Assembly: GCA_021324115.1 (NCBI GenBank)
Contig: JAJPJS010000025.1
Span: forward strand, 83,661 to 147,660
Origin: Nitrososphaerota archaeon
Lineage (GTDB): Archaea > Thermoproteota > Nitrososphaeria > Conexivisphaerales > DTJL01
Length of the DNA stretch: 64,000 nucleotides
Direction: 5' to 3'
This document shows positions 59,179 to 64,000 of the stretch, piece by piece. Below the pieces are notes generated by a model. The model was not told the origin of the DNA, made no database searches, and worked only from the letters and a program-made list of their open reading frames with translations. How positions within the stretch are numbered: position 1 is the stretch's first letter; every line of letters starts with the position of its first letter. A program made the translations under genes and the position numbers.

Positions 59179-61095
59179 TCACCACAAATCCTCCTTAAAC
59201 GGTTTGCCTTCACCTTTCAATATTCTACCCGTTGAAGCTTTTCCCGGCGGAAGAGAGCGTACTATTTCATCGGGAGAAATTCCATCGGCATTGACGTCCG
59301 AATGTCCGGCGAATATGTTCAGCAGCTTCTTCGCGATCGCCCCTGGAGGGAGATGACCCGGTACTATTTCCACAATGATGCTGCAGTATCTCATAAGGGG
59401 ATCAACCGGACCCGAACATACAGCAACTCCTCCTCCGAGTATGGTGAGCCCCACTCCCAGCTGCAGTTTCACCCCCTTGAAGTATCTCCTCTCTCCGACT
59501 ATCATAAAACTCCCTTTGGGCATAAAGGTCCCAGAAGGAGCCCCCAGCTGCACCTGTTCAGGGGACACACAGTATGCGTCTGCCGCTGTAAGGCCATCCC
59601 GCCAGGCTCTGCTGTAAGATACCGTTGCCTGTGCAACCTGCCTCAGCCCTTCATCCGAGCACTCTTTTCCACGTTTGAGGATGAAAAAGGGCGAGCCAGC
59701 GGCTTCGGTATGGAAAACAAGGTCCGAAGATTCAAGTCTTCTCCTTATGAGAAGGCTGTTTGAGCCTGCGTCCCTGCCCCCGACGGCAAGAAAGCCATCA
59801 GAAGTCACGAACCACCTGTACGCTTCGAACCAGACCCTGTTTCTCCTTACGCCTCTGTGAGGAGCGAGTTTCATTTCCTTCTCAGTTTCTGCTTCTCTTT
59901 TCATTCTTTGAAGGTTAGCCTCCATACGGGAGATCGACTCTTTGATCGACTCCATCGAACCCTTAAGGTCCTTTGCCTCGTCGAACAGCTTCGAAGCAAG
60001 TGTAAAAGGAGAAGAGAACTCTGTTTTCCTTCCCTTGTATGACCAGCCGGATCCTCCACGTCTAATATGGTTTGAAACGGAGTTAATCTTTTGCGTCATG
60101 GACTCGATGTCAACAGCCCCGGACTGGAGCTTTGAGGCTAGTTCATTGAGGGCTTCTACACGCTCCTTTGTTTTCAAAAGAGTTATCTTCGCATTTTCGA
60201 TCCTGTTTTGCTCCTTCTTTAGCTGAGCAAGGAGAGCAGAAGAACTGCCTCTTGCGGCATACTTTTCGAGTTCCTTGGAAAGCCTCAGTTCGAGCCTTTC
60301 CCAGTCAAATTCTTCGAAAGGTGCTGCCAAGTGGGTGAAACGAATTGCCGAAAGAATTTCTGAACCGTCTTCTGAGTAAACGTAGAAATGTGAAGCGTTT
60401 CTGGCTTCCTCTTGGATTCTCTTCAGCTCTTCCAACACGGCCGAGGCGAAGTCCTGACTCTCTTCGGCTATTCGTGGACGGTTTGTCCTGACTCGGTATG
60501 TCGCTTCTTCGAGAATCCTTCCTGGCAGCGCAAATGATGTTTTTCGTTCGGCTACCACTCCATCATCTTTCGGTGCAGCTTTCATCAGGTCCGACGGAGT
60601 AAGGGCTGAAACGGGAACCCCCCTGGAGGGTGGGAGGAGGTATCTATCTCCAACCTTGAGACTTCTCTTCCGGGAGACATCCTTCAGTGACGATAGTATT
60701 GTCTCTTCTTGGTCAGTAGCAATTATGTTTCCCCCTCCGAAAACTTCAACGTAGCACCGTAGAATCCCCTCTCTATCTCCAAATTCCAAGCGGACCACCC
60801 TTTCCCCCTCGGGTACTCTGCAGGAGACAAGTTGTTTTCGTACAAACAGCTCCCTCAGCTTCCGCGCGAAATCTGTTACCTCTGTCCTCGGAAGCGGCAG
60901 GTTAGTGCACCAGACTCCCAGCCTGCATGAGAGCACGACACTCTTCTCTTCAGCCTCGGCCCTGTGCATTTTTATGGCCAAGGCATCCTCGCTAATCGAG
61001 TAAACGTTATTAACGTAATAACTTCGTAGTTCAGACTCGACCTTGGCCGATAAAGCATCAAGTTCCAAAGACGAAAAGGCCAAGTCTCCCGGCAT
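59179..61095 (-). CDS. NFACT-family protein (FbpA / Rqc2-NEMF homolog; ribosome quality-control related)
   Basis: 638 aa. NFACT-N, coiled coil, and NFACT-R/DUF814 (VWFEAYRWFVTSDGFLAVGGRDAGSNSLLIRR...FHTEAAGSPFFILK). Confidence 0.8.
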   Translation of the reverse strand: MPGDLAFSSLELDALSAKVESELRSYYVNNVYSISEDALAIKMHRAEAEEKSVVLSCRLGVWCTNLPLPRTEVTDFARKLRELFVRKQLVSCRVPEGERVVRLEFGDREGILRCYVEVFGGGNIIATDQEETILSSLKDVSRKRSLKVGDRYLLPPSRGVPVSALTPSDLMKAAPKDDGVVAERKTSFALPGRILEEATYRVRTNRPRIAEESQDFASAVLEELKRIQEEARNASHFYVYSEDGSEILSAIRFTHLAAPFEEFDWERLELRLSKELEKYAARGSSSALLAQLKKEQNRIENAKITLLKTKERVEALNELASKLQSGAVDIESMTQKINSVSNHIRRGGSGWSYKGRKTEFSSPFTLASKLFDEAKDLKGSMESIKESISRMEANLQRMKREAETEKEMKLAPHRGVRRNRVWFEAYRWFVTSDGFLAVGGRDAGSNSLLIRRRLESSDLVFHTEAAGSPFFILKRGKECSDEGLRQVAQATVSYSRAWRDGLTAADAYCVSPEQVQLGAPSGTFMPKGSFMIVGERRYFKGVKLQLGVGLTILGGGVAVCSGPVDPLMRYCSIIVEIVPGHLPPGAIAKKLLNIFAGHSDVNADGISPDEIVRSLPPGKASTGRILKGEGKPFKEDLW

Positions 61096-61363
61096 TCAAG
61101 TCAACCACATGAAGCCGCTAGATAAGGTGTACTACACACGGGTACTTTTTGCCCTGCTTGCGGGTTTTGTTTCAGGATACTTCTATACGCTCGATTCATT
61201 TCTAGGAATCCTCTTTCTCATATTTTTCTACCTTCTCAGTTCTGTGATCTACAGGACGGCTGGATGGGCATCGGGCTCATCTGTTTATACCCATGGCATC
61301 GGTACCTTTGTCCTCGTCTGGTTTGTCACCTACAGCCTGTACCTGACCTTCCTCCTTCCCTGA
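61043..61363 (+). CDS. Possible small membrane protein (3 TM); conflicts with an overlapping minus-strand ORF
   Basis: 106 aa. Charged N-terminus then three hydrophobic helices. Overlaps the NFACT gene start by 53 nt and the 61277-61648 ORF by 87 nt. Confidence 0.25.
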   Translation: MADKASSSKDEKAKSPGIQVNHMKPLDKVYYTRVLFALLAGFVSGYFYTLDSFLGILFLIFFYLLSSVIYRTAGWASGSSVYTHGIGTFVLVWFVTYSLYLTFLLP

Positions 61364-61648
61364 AGTTGTCATGTCTATGTACTCGAGCAGCGCAGCCGCG
61401 TAGCCTCTATCAAAGCCATCTGACGCACTGCCGGTTAGTAAATTGTCGAGCATGGTTTTAAGGGTCCGCCTTGATGAATCGGTCATGCTGGGGGGTTTAG
61501 CTGCTATACCCTTAAGCGCCAGCTCCAATCCCCTTACTTCGTCCGGCTCCATCGCTGTACGGAACTTTTCGAGCTTCTTCAGAGCAGTGTCCAAGTTTTT
61601 CATAGCGTCAGAGACAATCTCCTTGAGGTCATCCCGGTCTGGTTTCAT
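61277..61648 (-). CDS. Hypothetical helical protein immediately downstream of radB
   Basis: 123 aa, helical, not low complexity. Abuts the radB stop (61649). Conflicts with the plus-strand ORF at its 3' end. Confidence 0.3.
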   Translation of the reverse strand: MKPDRDDLKEIVSDAMKNLDTALKKLEKFRTAMEPDEVRGLELALKGIAAKPPSMTDSSRRTLKTMLDNLLTGSASDGFDRGYAAALLEYIDMTTSGKEEGQVQAVGDKPDEDKGTDAMGINR

Positions 61649-62362
61649 TCAGTCGCGCACCCCCGATTTGTCCACCCGAAAGGCAGCGTTCCGGTCCGAG
61701 AATAAATCTTTCGCGACAAAATTACCATCTTTCCTCTGGAACATGAGAGAGCATGATATATAAGGGCATGTAAAATCAATTCCAACAGGCCTCTGACCCC
61801 TGGTGGCAAAGTCGTAGCGGACCCTTTCTGTTACGAGAACATGTTTACCGAATATAACAGACCACACGGATAGTCTTCTCATCGTGGTAGAAAGAGAGGA
61901 TGTTTGCCTCCCCGAATAGCCCCCCCTGAGATATGGCTCTGCCAAGTCATCCAACATCACGGCTGAATAGCCATTGTCAGCCCTGAGCCTTAACTTGACC
62001 TCTTCCTCGATTCTTTCAGGTGAATCCGTAGAAAGAACATCGATGTAAGACAAAGGATCACGGGCATCTGGCGAAATACTTTCCGCAATCTCCAGCACCC
62101 TCTCAGGCCTGAATTTTCCCTGAGTATCTACGAACAAAACTCTTCTTCCGGAAACAGCGTAATGAGCTGCAGAGGAAAAAAGCATCTGGCTCTTCCCAGA
62201 CGAACCCGGTCCATATACTTGGCATACACCACCAAAGCCGTGATTCAGGATCAGCGAATCAAGTGAGTTACTCCCGGAGGAGCAGCGCTGGACCCTGGGC
62301 GGCCACTTCCCCCTGATATATGCCGTTGTGAGCTCACCTTCATACCGCTCTCCGTGCAACAA
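61649..62362 (-). CDS. radB: RadB (archaeal RecA-superfamily paralog)
   Basis: 237 aa. Walker A QVYGPGSSGKSQM, Walker B VLFVDTQG. Truncated RecA core without the N-terminal HhH domain. Confidence 0.75.
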   Translation of the reverse strand: MLHGERYEGELTTAYIRGKWPPRVQRCSSGSNSLDSLILNHGFGGVCQVYGPGSSGKSQMLFSSAAHYAVSGRRVLFVDTQGKFRPERVLEIAESISPDARDPLSYIDVLSTDSPERIEEEVKLRLRADNGYSAVMLDDLAEPYLRGGYSGRQTSSLSTTMRRLSVWSVIFGKHVLVTERVRYDFATRGQRPVGIDFTCPYISCSLMFQRKDGNFVAKDLFSDRNAAFRVDKSGVRD

Positions 62363-62485
62363 GCTGTATCTGTGGAACCCAGTTATAAAAAGAAGCTTCA
62401 GTCCACTTTTTACTGCTTCCGAATCCCGTTACAAGGTCCGGTGAGGCTGACTTAGAAGGGTTTTTATCCACCTCCAATTGGCACC

Positions 62486-62752
62486 ATGCATGACGTGAAT
62501 GAAGTAGGTCCTAACATAAAAAAGCCGCTGTTCACCCTTCAGAAGTCCATCAATAAACCCGTGAGGGTGAGGTTGAAGAATAGCGAAGAATATAGGGGAA
62601 GTATGGTGAACATCGACCCTTACATGAATGTGTTCCTTGACGACGCAGTGGAATATGATGATAAAGGGTCCATGGTTACCAACTATGGACAGGTCGTCAT
62701 ACGGGGAAACAACGTGTTGTTTGTAATCCTTGAAGAAGCCCTTAAGGCTTAG
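62486..62752 (+). CDS. Sm-like archaeal protein (LSm)
   Basis: 88 aa. Sm1/Sm2 motifs (PVRVRLKNSEEYRGSMVNIDPYMNVFLDDA...VVIRGNNVLFV). Confidence 0.85.
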   Translation: MHDVNEVGPNIKKPLFTLQKSINKPVRVRLKNSEEYRGSMVNIDPYMNVFLDDAVEYDDKGSMVTNYGQVVIRGNNVLFVILEEALKA

Positions 62753-62771
62753 CCAATTCAGGCGAAATACA

Positions 62772-63659
62772 TTACAGATTTGGCTCTATGCATTTCACGT
62801 ACTTTAACACCTTCGGAAGCTCCTGCCTGATTCCAAATCTTTTCGAAAAGTACGCAAGAATGTTCATCAAATCTCTCTCGAGGAGTTCCTCTGCATTCGC
62901 AGCATCCGTGGTCACAGCTTGGGGCCAGTCAATGAGTATGATTTCATGCGATGAGGTCAGCAGTATGTTGAACTCACTTAGGTCACCATTAATCAGTCCC
63001 GCCTCGATGTAAATCCTCCTTAGCGCGTCGAATATTTTCTGCATGACTTTCTCTGGATCGTCTAGCTCCCTAACCTTGTAGAGAGGGATCGCAAGTTCCA
63101 TTCCCATAAGCACTGCGTGATACCTTCTGCCTCTCAAGGTGGGAACCGAGAAGCCCTTCCCGTTGAGCTTCTGCAGAATTGCCGCTTCCCTGGCCGCACT
63201 TCTGACATTTGCAATCAGCCATCTATGTCCCTCGTTGGCTAGATATGACCTCTTCCTTTTCACCTGCCTGAAGCTCACCCTCCCCATCCTGAAGAACTTC
63301 AGAGCAAGGCTCGATCGGCCTCCGATAGCCTCATAGACATCGGACTCCTTTCCCATGGCAATGATAGGTCCCAGCTTTTCCACCAGGCCGGCGGATGAGA
63401 ATTGGTGGAGCGCAAGGGCGTCGAGACCCAACATCGTCATCCGATATCCGCTGGCTGACCTCACACATGCCTGTTCCTTTGACAGAATATCCAGTTCGTA
63501 CAGCAACTTTCGCTCCGGCATGCCAGTTTTGGAAAGAATCGCCCTTACAGGTATGCTTTCATATCTTGAAAAAAGATCCGCCAGAGCGGATAGAACTGTA
63601 AACGTCTCATCATCAAATAAGGTCGTCAGGATCGCCGCTCTTCGGACTTGGTCGACCAT
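62772..63659 (-). CDS. rio2: RIO2-type serine/threonine protein kinase
   Basis: 295 aa. N-terminal winged-helix domain plus RIO kinase core (GKESDVYEA ATP loop, LINGDLSEFNILL catalytic loop, IDWPQAV). Confidence 0.85.
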   Translation of the reverse strand: MVDQVRRAAILTTLFDDETFTVLSALADLFSRYESIPVRAILSKTGMPERKLLYELDILSKEQACVRSASGYRMTMLGLDALALHQFSSAGLVEKLGPIIAMGKESDVYEAIGGRSSLALKFFRMGRVSFRQVKRKRSYLANEGHRWLIANVRSAAREAAILQKLNGKGFSVPTLRGRRYHAVLMGMELAIPLYKVRELDDPEKVMQKIFDALRRIYIEAGLINGDLSEFNILLTSSHEIILIDWPQAVTTDAANAEELLERDLMNILAYFSKRFGIRQELPKVLKYVKCIEPNL

Positions 63660-63715
63660 GCTAGATTATGAGTGCAGGACTGAATATAATACGCTTCCGG
63701 TTCAGATGACCTTTC

Positions 63716-64000
63716 TCACCCAAGAGCTGCGGCGATGAATGCTGAAAAGATCTGTTCCGGCTTCCCCGGGCGGCTGTTGTACTCAGGATGGTACTGAGTT
63801 CCCATGTAGAAACTGTTCTTGGGGTATTCAAGAATTTCCATCCTTCTCCCGTCGTCGCTGTGGGCAGAAAACACCATCCCGCTCTTCTTAAAGATCATCT
63901 GCATCTCCGGGTTAATTTCGTACCTGTGCCTGTGCCTTCTTCTTATAACCCGGGATCGATATATTTTTCGCGCAGCCGTGCCCGGGTCGATATTTATGTC
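63716..64000 (-). CDS. pyrG: CTP synthase, 3' end (glutamine amidotransferase domain C-terminus); gene continues beyond the window
   Basis: The frame stays open to the window edge. ...YEINPEMQMIFKKSGMVFSAH...MGTQYHPEYNSRPGKPEQIFSAFIAAALG matches the PyrG C-terminus (GxQFHPEFxSRP...F.GFI.AA). Confidence 0.75.
   Translation of the reverse strand, partial: DINIDPGTAARKIYRSRVIRRRHRHRYEINPEMQMIFKKSGMVFSAHSDDGRRMEILEYPKNSFYMGTQYHPEYNSRPGKPEQIFSAFIAAALG

Overview
This window looks archaeal: A1AO ATP synthase genes, Alba, RadA/RadB, Nop5 and fibrillarin, a LSm protein, RIO2 kinase, an archaeal/eukaryal-type TrpRS, DUF354, and BHB-type tRNA introns. GC is roughly 50%. The lineage was not resolved. 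It is gene-dense, with many 4-nt start/stop overlaps, and most of it is ordinary housekeeping content. The recognisable blocks, in order, are listed below.

- **ATP synthase (1-7341):** atpA, entered inside the gene and still carrying the C-terminal end of an intein, then atpB, atpD, a small ORF, atpH and atpI on the plus strand, with atpC and atpK convergent on the minus strand.
- **Transport and lipid genes (7583-9852):** an MFS transporter and a geranylgeranyl-reductase-family flavoprotein.
- **Complex I membrane arm (10023-18840):** a contiguous nuoA-H-J-K-(extra antiporter-like subunit)-L-M-N cluster with no nuoB/C/D/I.
- **GGPP synthase (18893-19768).**
- **Decayed or accessory-looking stretch (about 19.8-23.3 kb):** a DapA-family gene split over three frames, a tRNA-binding-domain gene with a frameshift at an A-run, an HTH gene with no clear start, and a tRNA-Glu interrupted by two introns, one of them a non-canonical D-loop intron with a good BHB fold.
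- **tRNA-Met (intron-containing) and housekeeping genes (23.9-28.8 kb):** deoxyhypusine synthase, a TetR regulator, an M24 peptidase and TrpRS.
- **Surface and stress genes (29.1-33.2 kb):** a sequon-rich surface protein and a three-gene minus-strand operon of zinc-ribbon and SPFH proteins.
- **Housekeeping genes (33.3-38.2 kb):** an M32 carboxypeptidase, a DRG GTPase, a second GGR, Alba and tRNA-Gln.
- **Glycan island (38.3-43.5 kb):** DUF354, a Gfo/Idh/MocA dehydrogenase, a hexapeptide acetyltransferase and an AglH-like GT4 transferase.
- **Downstream block (43.7-64.0 kb), in order:** an OB-fold protein, S10, a 947-aa seven-TM UPF0182-like protein, AhcY, two tandem Bcp peroxiredoxins, an S30e gene that the ORF track misses, Nop5 with fibrillarin, RadA, AspRS, a ThiI-like protein, a MurG-like glycosyltransferase, an AMMECR1 / Mut7-C / CBS overlapping trio, an NFACT protein, RadB, LSm, RIO2 and the 3' end of pyrG.

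No CRISPR array, IS element or rRNA was seen. The candidates I would look at first are the Q-module-less, four-antiporter complex-I-like cluster, the double-intron tRNA-Glu, and the SPFH/zinc-ribbon operon.
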